NCBI RefSeq assembly: GCF_006345805.1
Contig: NC_043007.1
Location: 36,580,001 to 36,644,000 of the forward strand
Direction: 5' to 3'
Length of the DNA stretch: 64,000 bases
From: Octopus sinensis
Lineage: Eukaryota
Positions within the stretch are counted from its first letter, which is position 1. Each line of letters begins with the position of its first letter. The position numbers were made by a program, and so were the translations under genes. Below the pieces are notes generated by a model. The model saw only the letters and a program-made list of their open reading frames with translations, did not search any database and had not been told where the DNA came from. Shown piece by piece: positions 36,731 through 49,800 of this stretch.

Positions 36731-37715
36731 CTATGAGGTACAGAGTCTACTTCCCAACCACATGGTTCTGGGCTCAATCGCACTGTGTGGTACCTTGGGC
36801 AAGTGTCTTCTATTGTAATCTTGAGCCAACGAAAGCCTCATGAGTGAATTATATTGACAGAAACTGAAACCTGTCATGTGTGTGTGTGTGTACATGCATG
36901 CATGCATGTGTAAGTGCGTATGTGCATGTATATAGGTGTATGTCTGTGTGTGTGTGTGTGTACATGCATGCATGTGTAAGTGCGTATGTGCATGTATATA
37001 GGTGTATGTCTGTGTGTGTGTGTGTACATGCATGCATGTGTAAGTGCGTATGTGCATGTATATAGGTGTATGTCTGTGTGTGTGTGTGTGTACATGCATG
37101 CATGTGTAAGTGCGTATGTGCATGTATATAGGTGTATGTCTGTGTGTGTGTGTGTGTACATGCATGCATGTGTAAGTGCGTATGTGCATGTATATAGGTG
37201 TATGTCTGTGTGTGTGTGTGTACATGCATGCATGTGTAAGTGCGTATGTGCATGTATATAGGTGTATGTCTCTGTGTGTGTGTGTGTACATGCATGCATG
37301 TGTAAGTGCGTATGTGCATGTATATAGGTGTATGTCTGTGTGTGTGTGTGTACATGCATGCATGTGTAAGTGCATATGTGCATGTGTATATGTGTATGTC
37401 TGTTTGTGTACACATGCATGTGTAAGTGCATATGTGCATGTGTATATGTGTATGTGTGTGTGTGTACATGCATGCATGTGTAAGTGCGTATGTGCATGTG
37501 TATATGTGTATGTCTGTGTGTGTGTGAGTGTGTCTCATCATTGCTTGACAACTGATGTTGGTGTGTTTATGTCCCCGCAACTTAGCAGTATGGGGAAAAG
37601 GAACCAATAGAATAAGCACCAGGTTTTTAAAAAAATAAGTACTGGGGTTCATTCAACTAAAAATTCTGCAAGGTGGTGCTCCAGCATGGCAGCAGTCTAA
37701 TGACCGAGATAAGTG
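36731..37715 (+). mobile_element. SINE-A with its internal microsatellite expanded into a minisatellite
   Basis: 5' half at 36731-36865, 3' half at 37530-37715. Confidence 0.8.
36866..37530. repeat. 56-66-bp minisatellite, 10 copies
   Basis: taagtgc anchors at 36911, 36977, 37041, 37107, 37173, 37237, 37303, 37367, 37423 and 37481. Confidence 0.92.
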
Positions 37716-37961
37716 AAAGATAAATACATTGAGTATTGCACTCATTTTTTTTTTTACAAAACTAAATCTTCACTCCATCATGACAACATCAACCCTTTCC
37801 AGCATCCTTGCGGGATGCATTTGAAATATAAAAAAAAAAAACTCAGTAAGAATTGAGTGGAGCCTCATCTTTGAAGAATGAAGAGGACCAAGAAGTTCAC
37901 TTCCCAAACACATGGTTTCAGGTTCAGTTTCACTGTACGGTACCTTGGACCACTGGATGAA

Positions 37962-38725
37962 TGTGGTTTAGTGGTTAGGGCAGTGTACTCGTAATCATAA
38001 AATTTTCTAACTAGAAAGGGTATGGCCTGATCAACCTGTAATAATATGCATAAGATCTGGTCATCAAATCTAAGTAGAAATTTCAAACTTAAAATCTTCA
38101 ACACTACAGTCGAACCAATTCTAATATATGGCTCAGAAACCTGGACGTTATCAAAGAAGCTTGAGAGGCGGTTGGATGGAACTTACACTCGCCTCCTTAT
38201 GAGAGCTCAAAATCTCTCGTGGAAGCGTCATCCAACCAAAGTACAAATATATGGAAAATTACCACCTGTATCATCTCTTGTGAAAGATAGAAGAGTTCAG
38301 TTTGCTGGACATTGTTGTAGAGCTGAAAACGAGGTAATTTCTACTCTTCTCCTCTGGAAGCCATCTGCTCATGATACCAGAGGGTGCACACTCTCCTACC
38401 CTGATGTAATCTCCAGGGATACAGGCAACCAGCAACGGGACCTCCGTAATGCTATGATGGACCATGAAGTTTGGTGTAACATAGTAAATTCCATTGTCTC
38501 GACCACGGTCGATCAATGATGATGAAGATTGTGATTTTGATTCCTGGACCAGACAATGTGTTGTGTTCTTGAGCAAGACACTTCATGTCACATTGCTCCA
38601 GTCCACTCAGCTGGTAAAAATGAGTAATCCTACTACAGACCAACATCCCATCCAGGTAGGGAATTTATGCAACATGAAACCAGGAGACCAGCCCTTATGA
38701 GTAGGTATGTCTCGAGAAGGTAACT
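37962..38725 (+). mobile_element. SINE-E split by the LINE insertion
   Basis: A-box half at 37962-38006; B-box half and body at 38525-38725. Confidence 0.7.
38010..38525 (+). mobile_element. 3' end of a second RTE-like LINE family, inserted into a SINE-E head
   Basis: ORF 38046-38519 with KLKIFNTTVEPILIYGSETW and RRVQFAGHC; the stop runs directly into a (TGA)n tail. Confidence 0.85.
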
Positions 38726-39261
38726 TTACCTTTACCTTACCTTGAACCATATTAACAATGAAATTTGCAGATCAATAAGTTGTAAATCTATCAGGTAGAT
38801 TTTCAATAAGAGCTGAATTCAGTGTTTGATATTGTAGAACAGGTACTATATTTTATAGTGTTTGAGTTTAGAAAATTCTATATTGAACACATTAATTATG
38901 ACTAAAAGCTTCAGAGAACAAAACTGATATTAAAGCTAATTACAGACCATGTATGAGGCCAATGGTAAATCATGTATTATTGCAAAACTTAAATCAATGC
39001 AACTGATGTTAAATATTTGCAACACAGTAGTGGAAATGTAAATGCCAAAATGAAAAACAGAATTTTAAAATTTCCTCATCATCATCACCACCACCACCAG
39101 TGCCAACACCGTCATCCCCATCACACCATCATCAACACCACAACTGACTCCATCATAACCATCACATTGTTAGTATCATCATTGTCATCATCATCATTAA
39201 TACCACCACCATCAATACCATCATCATCAACACTATCACCATCACATTATCACTATCATCA

Positions 39262-39512
39262 CATGCCGGTGGCACATAAAAAGCACCATCCGATCGTGGC
39301 CGTTTGCCAGCCTCGTCTGGCACCTGTGCAGGTGGCATGTAAAAAACACCTACTACACTCATGGAGTGGTTGGCGTTAGGAAGGGCATCCAGCTGTAGAA
39401 ACACTGCCAGATCAGACTGGGCCTGGTGCAGCCTCCTGGCTTCCCAGCCCCCAGTTGAACCGTCCAACCCATGCTAGCATGGAAAACGGACATTAAACGA
39501 TAATGATGATGA
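39262..39512 (+). mobile_element. RTE-LINE 3'-end copy within a (CAT/CAC)n tract
   Basis: Two repeat units and the tail. Confidence 0.85.
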
Positions 39513-41014
39513 TCATTGTCATCATCATCATCACCACAACTGACACCATAACCATCACATCATTACTATCATCTTTGTCATCACCACCATCACATTATCA
39601 CTATCATCGTCATCAATACCATCACCATCACATCACTATGATCATTATCATCATCATCATCATTATTGTGATCATTGTCGTTATGGTCAACCATTTAACT
39701 GATGCTTTTCCTGTCACCAACCTTCACAGCAAGGAATTATTCCTCCGTGGCCAGACATGTTTACACAGAAGATTGGAAACAAATGACACCAATTACACTC
39801 ATTTACAGCGATCAGGTGATGTCAAGACAAGGAGATACAAAAACACACACACACACATACGTGTGTGTGGGGGTATCAACATCCTCATTGTTTAACATCT
39901 GTTTTCTATGCTGGCATGAGTTGAACAGTTTTTGACAGAAGTTGACCAGCCAGAGAGGAGCCCAGTCTCCAACTGTCAGTTTTGGTATGGTTTCTATGGG
40001 TGGATGCCCTTCCTAATTCCAAACACTTCACAGAGTGTATTGATATATTCATATACACAATGGGCTTCTTTCAGTTTCTGTGTACAATACCATACAAGTC
40101 CCTTAACCCCTTGGTGTCTGTTGGAGCACTGCAGCCATGAAGTGTATCTTGGGCAAGAAAGCCTAGCAGAGCCTATCCCTCTCCAGGCTAAACTCATTTC
40201 TACAGCTGAGTGGACTGGCACAACATGAAATGATGTGTTTTGCTCAGGAACACAATGGGTCACTCAGTCCAAGGGTCAAAACTACAATCTTATCGTCATG
40301 AATCCAACACCTTAACCACTAAGCAACATGCCTCAACTAGTTATGGTACTTGTTTCTACAGCTGAGTGGACTGGAGCAAGAACACAACGCATCACCTGGT
40401 CCAGGAATCAAAACCACAATCTTACAATCATGAGTCCAACATCCTAACCACAAAGTCACATGCCTCCACAGTTCCTGTCAACCAAATGAAATTACAAAGC
40501 ATTGGTCAGTTAATTAATAATTTTACCAAGCAGATCGGTACGTTAAAATAACCTTTATAGGTAAAATTATCTACATGATTATAATTGGGGTTCGACTGAT
40601 TGCTTCACCACATATCGAATTTAGAAATAGGAGTTAAAATTCGGTGCGTGGTGAAGCAGTTGGCTGAGCAAAAGGGATTTGCATAAGGTGCCATGCAGTG
40701 GGACTGTACCCAAAACCATATAACAGAGAAGCCAAATTCTTCATCACACAGCTATGCTGAGATAATCAATAGACAACTGCACTTTCCATGCTATAATATG
40801 TCTTTTCAACACGTGATAAAATCTAGGTTAAAGTTCAAGACAGAATATAAAAGTTCATTGCTGAGTGGACTACATTTTATACCTGAAAGTTTCAGATCAT
40901 AAAATTCACTCATTAATACTTCTCAACACTTACCTAACACTGACTAAGTGTTCTGTCTGGTTTAATACTTATGTTTGCCTTCTGAGAGGACAGAAATAAA
41001 ATAAAATAAACTAC

Positions 41015-41413
41015 TAAGGCGCAGGACTGGCTGTGTGGTAAGTAGCTTGCTAACCAACCACATGTTTCTGGGTTCAGTCCCACTGCATGGCATCTTGAGC
41101 AAGTATCTTCTGCTATAGCCCCAGGCCAACCAATGCCTTGTGAGTGGATTTGGTAGACGGAAACTGAAAGAAGCCTGTCGTATATATGTATATATATATA
41201 TGTATGTGTGTGTGTGTTTGTCCCCCTAGCATTGCTTGACAACCGGTGCTGGTGTGTTTATGTCCCCGTCACTTAGCGGTTCGGCAAAAAGAGACCGATA
41301 GAATAAGTACTGGGCATACAAAGAATACGTCCCAGGGTTGATTTGCTCGAGTAAACGCGGTGCTCCAGCATGGCCGCAGTCAAATGACTGAAACAAGTAA
41401 AAGAGTAAAGAGA
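41015..41413 (+). mobile_element. SINE-A, full length
   Basis: Matches 22746-23103. Confidence 0.9.
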
Positions 41414-41797
41414 GTACTTTGCCTAAGGACACCATGACATACCTTCTAGTCTAGTCTAAGAAACAAACCTGTGATCTTTTGATCAAGAGCCCAGTTGTCT
41501 AACCACTAGGCCATGCTGAACATTAAAATATAGACACATTTTTGATTTATTTTCATTTTTTTTTTTAATCTAAATTTTACATACAATCTTTAATATCTGT
41601 TCATAAACACTCTGTTTATAAGAACACAAGACATAACAACTATATTCTGTATGAATTAGTGGAATGACTGCATCAAAGTTATTGGTCACCATAACCACAA
41701 ATTAACCGCTTCCATAAGTGTCAGTTACCAAATATATATTTACTACAGACAGACAAATTTCCGAAACAAATTAAAACTGAGTAGTAAGAATATTATG

Positions 41798-41836
<39 letters not shown>

Positions 41837-41844
41837 TATATATA

Positions 41845-42110
41845 TATATATTTTTCGTCTTCGGGTTTGGTTTGCAAGATTCTTTATGTGAGTTCATGTG
41901 TTGAAACATATTCTGTTGTGTCTGGAGAGAGTCATTTTCTTTTTGTGCCTTATAATGTAACACACGCTGTCAAGACTATTGAAAAGGTGGCAAGACACAA
42001 AGAAAATTTTAGGAAAAAAGAAATAAGAAACAAGTGGAAATATTACTGGTGAGTGTGTTAAATTACAAGGCACAAAAAGAAAATGATTCTCCCCAGACAC
42101 AACAGAATAT
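41845..42110. mobile_element. Penelope-like fragment with an inverted partial duplication
   Basis: 41908-41965 is the reverse complement of 42053-42110 (58 bp, about 4 mismatches). Confidence 0.55.
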
Positions 42111-42168
42111 ACTTACATATATTTACTTATATATAAGAATATATATAAGTATATATATATATATATAT

Positions 42169-42204
<36 letters not shown>

Positions 42205-42629
42205 GATATAAATATATAGATATATATATATAGATATATAGGTATATAAATATATATATATAGATATAAATATACTGTTATTATATAAATATATATAATT
42301 ATACTGTTATTACTGAGATCCTCCTCTAATATGTGGCACTCGGTGAAGAATGGAGTTTGATGTAGCTACCCTCATGTGCACCTCTTGCCGTGAGGTAGGT
42401 TCGTCTGAAACTCTCAACAGGAAGAGGTCCAGCCTTGATTTGAAAACACAATTATTTTATGCAGGTTCCTCAGGCTCTTTGGGAGAATATTAAAAAGCTG
42501 TGGGTCCCTGAAACCCAGGCTGTTGCAGTAACTGGTCCTGAAGCACAATGGCATTGCTGGGATCTTTGGCACTGTGCAGTGCCAATCCATTCTGGCATTG
42601 GTGTAGCTGTATATCTCTCAGCAAGCGTC

Positions 42630-42712
42630 TTCTACTATAACTTCAGGCTGACCAAAGCCTTGTGAGTGGATTTGGTAGACAGAAACTGAAAGAAGCCCAT
42701 CATGTATGTATG

Positions 42713-42780
<68 letters not shown>

Positions 42781-43079
42781 TGTTCCTTCTTGAGCCATGC
42801 CTGGCTCATAAGGGCTGGTTTTCCAGTTTCCTTGGCATATAGGTTCCCCACCTGGATGGGACGCCGGTCCATCGCAGGTGAACTGCAAGATGCAGGAGGA
42901 AAGAGTGAGAGAAAGTTATGGCGAAAGAGTCAGCAGAAGTTCACCATTACCTTCTGCTAGAGTCACGTGGAGCTTAGGTGTTTCGCTCATAAACACACAT
43001 ATCGCCTGGTCTGAGATTCGAACATGCGATCCCTTGACCGCGAGTCCGCTGCTCTAACTACTAGGCCATGTGCCTCCAC

Positions 43080-43175
<96 letters not shown>

Positions 43176-43380
43176 ATATATGTATGTATGTGTGTGTGTC
43201 CCCAACATCGCTTGACAACTGATGGTGGTGTGATTACGTCCCAGTAACTTAGCAGTTTGGCAAAAGAGGCCGATAAAATAAGTACTAAGCTTACAAAGAA
43301 TAGGTCCTGGGGTTGATTTGCTCAACTAAAGGCGGTGCTCCAGTATGGCCATAGTCAAAATGACTGAAACAAGTAAGAGA
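42630..43380 (+). mobile_element. SINE-A with SINE-D nested in its (TA)n middle
   Basis: 5' part at 42630-42710, 3' part at 43195-43380. Confidence 0.75.
42775..43082 (-). mobile_element. SINE-D with V-domain-like tail
   Basis: Reverse strand reads gtggaggcacatggcctagtagttagagc ... gttcgaatctc ... cctgcgatggaccggcgtcccatccagg. Confidence 0.85.
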
Positions 43381-43453
<73 letters not shown>

Positions 43454-43881
43454 TGAGAGAGAGAGAGATGAAATGTAAGTGTAGGAATGACGATGATGCA
43501 TGAATATTAATGACAAGCAGACAAAGACAGCAACAAAAGAACTCTGATGGACATTAGGAATGGTAATCATGGCATCGACTGCCATGTGTATGATGACCTC
43601 CATTGTAATTATGTTGAATTACCACATAAGACATATTTTTATAGGATGAAAATTTGCTGCAAATGTCTCTCCTTTCTCTATATCTCTTTGTTTCTTTCTT
43701 TCTTTCCTACCCTTCCTCTCACTATCCTTCTCTCTCTCTCTCTCTCCCACTGTCAGTCTATCTACCTATTCATTTACCTGTCTATCTCTCTTATAGTGAT
43801 GCATGTCTATGTATAGAGATATATCTTTCTTTTAGTAGTTATGTTGCTGATGTTGTCAAGATCAATCATTGACAGGCCAAT

Positions 43882-43914
<33 letters not shown>

Positions 43915-43995
43915 AACATCATCATTTAATGTCGTCCAGTTTCCATGCTGGTATGGCATGGAAAAGTGGTTGTTAAACAATGATATGTGTGTGTG

Positions 43996-44054
<59 letters not shown>

Positions 44055-44769
44055 AGGAGCTAATTTATAGTCCATACTTTGAAATGGTAATTCACACTGC
44101 AGGTCGTTGGCTGGGTTGAGAGTGAGAGGCAGGTGGTTAGACAGTGTGGTGGTAGGAAGAGTCCAACCAGTACAGTGGCATAACATCTACCAACAGATCG
44201 AATGTTTATTTCATGAGACCCGTTGCAGCTTTTAGACACACAACCGACTCTCTATAAATCACCAAAGGAGGTTTCATCTTTCAATGCAAAAGCACACACA
44301 CTCATACATCTTGGATAAAGTATAACTTAAACAACATCAGATCTGTCATGGACTTTACCAAAAGACAACTTCCTGAGTCCTCATAAATCTAGATAAATTT
44401 CAAACACTTACTTACACAAGAAAAAAAAATAGTAAAAAATACAAAATCTTTTGCATCATAGCAGGATGCATCATGAATATTGCGCCAATAAACCAGATGC
44501 GTATATACAAGAAGTGATCTATGTGGTCACTTGAAATACTAGAAATAGTAGCCAATCTTTCTGAAATCATTTCCTCCATTTTTTTTTTTTGTTGTTTGGA
44601 AAAAAAAAGAAAAATATATTGGATAATAGATGCACTGTCTAAAAACAATATATATGAAATGGCCATGGTTAGAATGCTTTTCATCATAGGTTGGTTCAAT
44701 CAGGGCTAAACCACAACAACATAGTTATATTAGTTTCAAATTTTGGCACTAGACCAATAAATTTGGAGG

Positions 44770-44910
44770 TGGGGCAAGTCGATTGCAATAATCTCAGTGT
44801 TCAACTGGTACTTAATTTTATTGACCCCAAAAGGATAAAAGGTAAAGCTGATCTTGGCAGAATTTGAACTCAGAACATAAAGATGGACAAAATTCTGCTG
44901 AGCATTTTAA
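44770..44910 (-). mobile_element. SINE-B fragment
   Basis: ggtacttaattttattgacccc ... gaatttgaactcagaac. Confidence 0.7.
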
Positions 44911-45136
44911 CCTTACAACAACAGAATTATATTGCCATAAGATTTGCTGCTTCACTGAAACAAATATGACACATCACCATGGCAATCTAACCTTTTTTCG
45001 TTTCTAACCACTATACATTACTCGTGGCTACATTATTTTGGAGATAAGTGTTTCTGTCCCTGTTTGAGACAGGAGAGTGTTATTTGAGAGAGATTTAGCT
45101 GCTAGTTCATGAAAATACACCAATATTGGTTCTTAA

Positions 45137-45704
45137 CCCAAATTAGCATTCAGATTTCTATGTCAAACGTTTTCTTATTTGTTCACATTGTTTAGAATTA
45201 ATCATGCATTATCTTGTAGCTTCAAGATTTCAATTATGCATTTATTCTTTTACTTGTTTCAGTCATTTGACTGTGGCCATGCTGGAGCACCGCCTTTAGT
45301 CGAGCAAATCGACCCCAGGACTTATTCTTTGGAAGCCTAGTACTTATTCTATCAGTCTCTTTTGCCAAATCACTAAGTTACGGGGACGTAAACACACCAC
45401 TATCGGTTGTCAAGCGATGTTGAGGGGACAAACACAGACACACAAACATATATATATATACATATATAAGACGGGTTTTTTCAGTTTCCATCTACAAAAT
45501 CCACTCACAAGGCTTTGGTCAGCTCGAGGCTATAGTAGAAGATACTTGCCCAAAGTGCCACGCAGTGGTTGGTTAACAAGCTACTTACCACACAGCCACT
45601 CCTTGACATTGTTGGATAGGTGTAAGATGTCGGATCTGGTCAGTTCTAACATAAAATAGATAGAATATTTTGACCAGATATGGGTGGATTAAGCGCTAAA
45701 GGGT
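45137..45704. mobile_element. piggyBac-like MITE (family 2) interrupted by SINE-A (45246-45600, minus strand)
   Basis: TTAA|cccaaattagcattc ... gctaaaggg|TTAA; homologous to 51378-51824. Confidence 0.7.
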
Positions 45705-46216
45705 TAAGCCCCAAGCTCCTACACATAAATGGATATGTTATATAATCCATAGATAGACATTTTAAAATTTCATAAAGTTGTGTGGGTGTGTGTATTTGTG
45801 TATGCACATGTGTGTGTATGCACATGTATGTGTGCATGTATGTTTGTGTAATTCAATAAATAGATGTTTATAAGTACCAAATGTAAATAAGTACTGAGAT
45901 AAATAGAATCAACTAAAACTATTGTATTGTATATTCACCAACACTCATTTATGTGTACATAAGTATGCACAACTTTTCCTTATTTATCTATTTATGTATT
46001 TACTTACTGAATGATACAATGGGCAAACTAATTGAAAAATATGAATTATTCATGTGACATTGTAATTGTTTTTATAATTTGTTCCAGAATCATCCGGGGA
46101 AATGCTATTATCACTTATATATAAATTTACAACCTCTTGATCCGTAACTAATTTCATAAGTGCTAACACACGAAACTCTCGACCCGTGAGTCACTCTATT
46201 ACTTCTGCTAAATATT

Positions 46217-46250
<34 letters not shown>

Positions 46251-46252
<2 letters not shown>

Positions 46253-46550
46253 TGGAGGCGCAATAGCCCAGTGGCTAGGGTAGTGGACTCGTGGTCATAG
46301 GATTGGGGTTTCGATTCCCAGACCGGGCATTGTGAGTGTTTATTGAGCAAAAACACCTAAAAGTTCCACGAGGCACCGGCAGGGGGTGGTGATCCCTGCT
46401 GTACTCTTTCACCACTCTTTCTTATGTTGGCCTGCTCGCTTAGCCAGCGGGGTGGCGTCATTCGAAGGCTAAAACAATGCGAATGCATTGTGACCAGCGA
46501 TGTGTAGCAACATCTGATAGCCTGGTTGGTCACTGTGATAACGGTGATAT
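46251..46550 (+). mobile_element. SINE-D with alternative tail
   Basis: A-box tagcccagtgg, B-box gtttcgattcc; tail shared with 16040-16335. Confidence 0.85.
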
Positions 46551-46560
46551 ATATTCAATA

Positions 46561-46978
46561 TTCATTTACTTGTTTCAGTCATTTGACTATGGCCATCCTG
46601 GAGCACCGCTTTAAAGGGTTTCAGTCCAAGAAAGCAACCCCAGGACTTAATCTATGTAAGCCTAGTACTTATTCTATTGGTGTCTTTTGCCAAACCTCTA
46701 AGTTTCAGGGACGTAAATACACCAGCATTGGTTGTCAAGCGGTGTTGGGGGGGGGGGGACAAACAGACACACAAACATATACACACACATAGATATATAT
46801 GTATACATATACACGATGGGCTTCTTTCAGTTTCCATCTACCAAATCTGCTCACAAAGCTTTGGACGGCCCAAGACTAAAGTAGAAGACACTTGCCCAAG
46901 GTGCCAAACAGTGGAACTGAACCAGGAACCATGTGGTTCGTAAGCAAGCTACTTACCACACAGCCACTCCTACGCCTG
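46561..46978 (-). mobile_element. SINE-A, full length
   Basis: Reverse tail, microsatellite and head. Confidence 0.88.
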
Positions 46979-47592
46979 TAAATGCATCATATGTTATATA
47001 CCCAGATGAATAATGTTAGATGAATATGTTATATACTATATATAACGAAGTGTTGGAGAATATTGGTCAGTGATAATACTGTTTCATGTTAGTCTCATTC
47101 GTCTGCTTTATTATATTCTTGTTAGGAGCAATTCCATTCTGATTTTACCATTTTAATGATGAGAATAAATTGATCATTCTCATTAGACAGGATCAATTAT
47201 TCAATTAGGAGGTCAAGCATCATGCTCAGAAGTCCAGAACTAATTATGTAAGTCAAAACCAATAAATAGGTCAATATTCATTAACGAGTTGTTTTGTTTT
47301 GTTTTTTTTTCCTTTCCAAGAATTAGTCACTTTCATATTGCTAGGCTCAAAGCCTCCAATCTTCACATTAGAAGAAACATGATGTAATGACTCTAATACC
47401 ACTATATTTTTTTTCTTTCTCATTCTTGGAGGGGTTTTCCCATTCATTCACCCATCTTCTCTGTCCCCTATTCCTGGGAGGATCATGCTAGTAAAGTTCT
47501 CAGGCACGTCCTCCTTGGGTCTTATCAGAAGCAACTATCATTACACTTTCTAGCTGGATTCCCAAGCGTGATCAACTGAGATGATAGATATT

Positions 47593-47804
47593 CTTTTCTT
47601 CTCTAGGCACAAGGCCTGAAATTTCGGGGGAGGGGGCAGTCAATTACATCAACGCCAGTACGCAACTGGTACTTAATTTATCAACCCTGAAAGGATGAAA
47701 GGAAAAGTTGACCTCGGCGGAATTTGAACTCAGAACATAACAGCAGACGAAATACTGCTTAGCATTTCACTCGGTATGCTAACATTTCTGCCAGCCCACC
47801 GCCT
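47593..47804 (-). mobile_element. SINE-B with 16-bp TSD
   Basis: tgagatgatagatatt at 47577-47592 and 47805-47820. Confidence 0.92.
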
Positions 47805-48764
47805 TGAGATGATAGATATTATCCAACCATCTCAAATGCACAGTAAATGGGTGTTTTTGTAGAACAGATACCCATCCTGCACAAAACATGTCTCCCACTG
47901 TTCCAGCCACTCCCCACATCTGTCCTTCAACATCACTTTTCCTTTCATTTCCTCATCCACAACTTTACAGCCTAGTATTACGACTATTATTTTTTTCCTT
48001 TTGCAAATTCTTCCTCCTCATGCAGGGCTGATATGAATCAAGGTTGACCATGCATCTACACACACATGTGCAGGCCCAAGCAAAATTTTTCTGACGAAAG
48101 CTGACAGTTGCCATTTTCCAAAAATAATTTCAAAAGCATTTGAAACAAAAGCAGTGTATTTCTATGGGAATACAAGAAAAGGATTAATGCCATGACATAG
48201 TTTTATATTTTAAATGTCTAGTAAATCATAGGACTTGGGTTCAAATCCACTGTGTGTATTGTGTCTTGCTTTTTATGTTTTTGTTAGGTTTAGTAAGAGA
48301 AAGAGGGGGCAACATTCATGACCTTTCTGTAGAGCATCTAAAATTGGTAAAGGTGAAGGTATAAATGACCATATCGCATGGTTGCTGCAGTAAGAAGCAG
48401 AACATCCAGAGATCAAGTTATAGTTAAACTGGAGACTTGGTGTAAATGCTTACTACACAAGTGAGTCTACGAAAAGCCATCAAATGTCATGTTGATTATG
48501 TTTGCAATTCTAAAAGCATGAACAGTTCCTTTGATGGGCTTCTATACAGTTTCCATCTCCCTAATTTTCCTCAAGACTCAGGTTGACCCCACAGCTACAC
48601 TAGAAGATACCTGTACAAGGTACCAAGAAATAGAATCAAGTCCACAATTAGGTGTTTGCAAAACAAAATTCCAACTATGTACCCCTCCGCAGCAAGACAT
48701 CTGCTTCTGTCTCTGTCACACTCTAACCATTTATCATCTGACACAAGATCACTTCCTCTCAAAG

Positions 48765-49122
48765 ATTCCTTGTCTTCCAAAGTTACTTGGTGACCCTGCC
48801 GGTGCTGGTGCCACTTAAAAAGCATCCCATCCACACTGTAAAGTGGCTGGCATTTGGAAGGGCACCCAGCTATAAAAACCATGCCAAAACTGACTTCACC
48901 TGTGATGCCACGTAAAAAGCACTCAGCCCACTCTGATGGGTGGTTGGTGTTAGGAAGGGCAACCAGCTATAAAAACCATGCCAAAACTGACACAGAAGTA
49001 TGGTGCAGGCTTCTGCTTGGCCAGCTCCTTGCCCAGCTGGCTTGGGTCGGATGGTTTGAACCATCCGACCCAAGCCAGCGTGGAAGGAGGATGTTAAATG
49101 ATGGTGGTGTTGATGATGATGA
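48765..49122 (+). mobile_element. RTE-LINE 3'-end copy (old)
   Basis: Repeat units, tail and (GAT)n. Confidence 0.7.
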
Positions 49123-49299
49123 CCAAGGCTGTGTGTGAGTATGTCTTCAGGCAGTGTAATTAATTCTATAAACCCAAGTTTCCAAAGCTGTTGAGCAAAT
49201 TGGTACAAAATCTTCTGAAAATATAACCTTAATCTGTGATAGATTGGATTGAGAAACCATTTTTTTTTTTTTTTTTTGCATTCAAGATGAAATTTTTCA

Positions 49300-49800
49300 G
49301 ATCAAAATTTACATCCCGTACTCAAAAAAAAATTAAGGTTAGGGTTTTTGGAGGACCTAAAATTCCATGTGAAATGCAGTAGGATTTGGAAAGATAAAGA
49401 TGATTCTTCAATGTTTACACTACAAAAATACAGTACTTTCCAAGCGGAAGATTTATCTCTTTTCTCATGACCAAAAATCCAAGACCATGCATCAGCCATT
49501 AGTAACTACTTTTTGTGGAGAGCTTAAGAGGCAATGTTATGCAGAACTACCATGTGTAAAAATATGGTAATAAAGAAGAGGATATGGAAATGTGTAGCAG
49601 ATGCTAAGTGGCCATGAAGATAAAAATTATTAAAGTTCCTGTTGATGATTAGGTGTGTGAAAATTAATTGGATATCCAGTAAAACTAAAAGCAAGATTAA
49701 CATCATTAAGAATTTGTTGTTGAAGGAATGGTGGATCAGATAATAAAGGGGAATGGTTAGATAACTACTTAAACATTCTGTAAATGTGTGGAATCGAGTT
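49300..49800 (+). mobile_element. Possible highly decayed Tc1/mariner transposase 3' remnant
   Basis: YFLW(G)ELKRQCY near 49507-49545, needing a 1-nt frameshift, resembles the WPxxSPDLxPLDYFLWG region. Confidence 0.25.

Noticed and set aside
44412-44699. 95-aa membrane-protein-like ORF with a nearby gtaagt
   Set aside because: Mostly the antisense of a SINE-G copy (44515-44722); the hydrophobicity comes from T-rich codons.
46251-46330. tRNA genes at SINE heads (also 42775-43082, 50924, 58822)
   Set aside because: A/B boxes are present but they continue into SINE bodies and I could not form a full cloverleaf.
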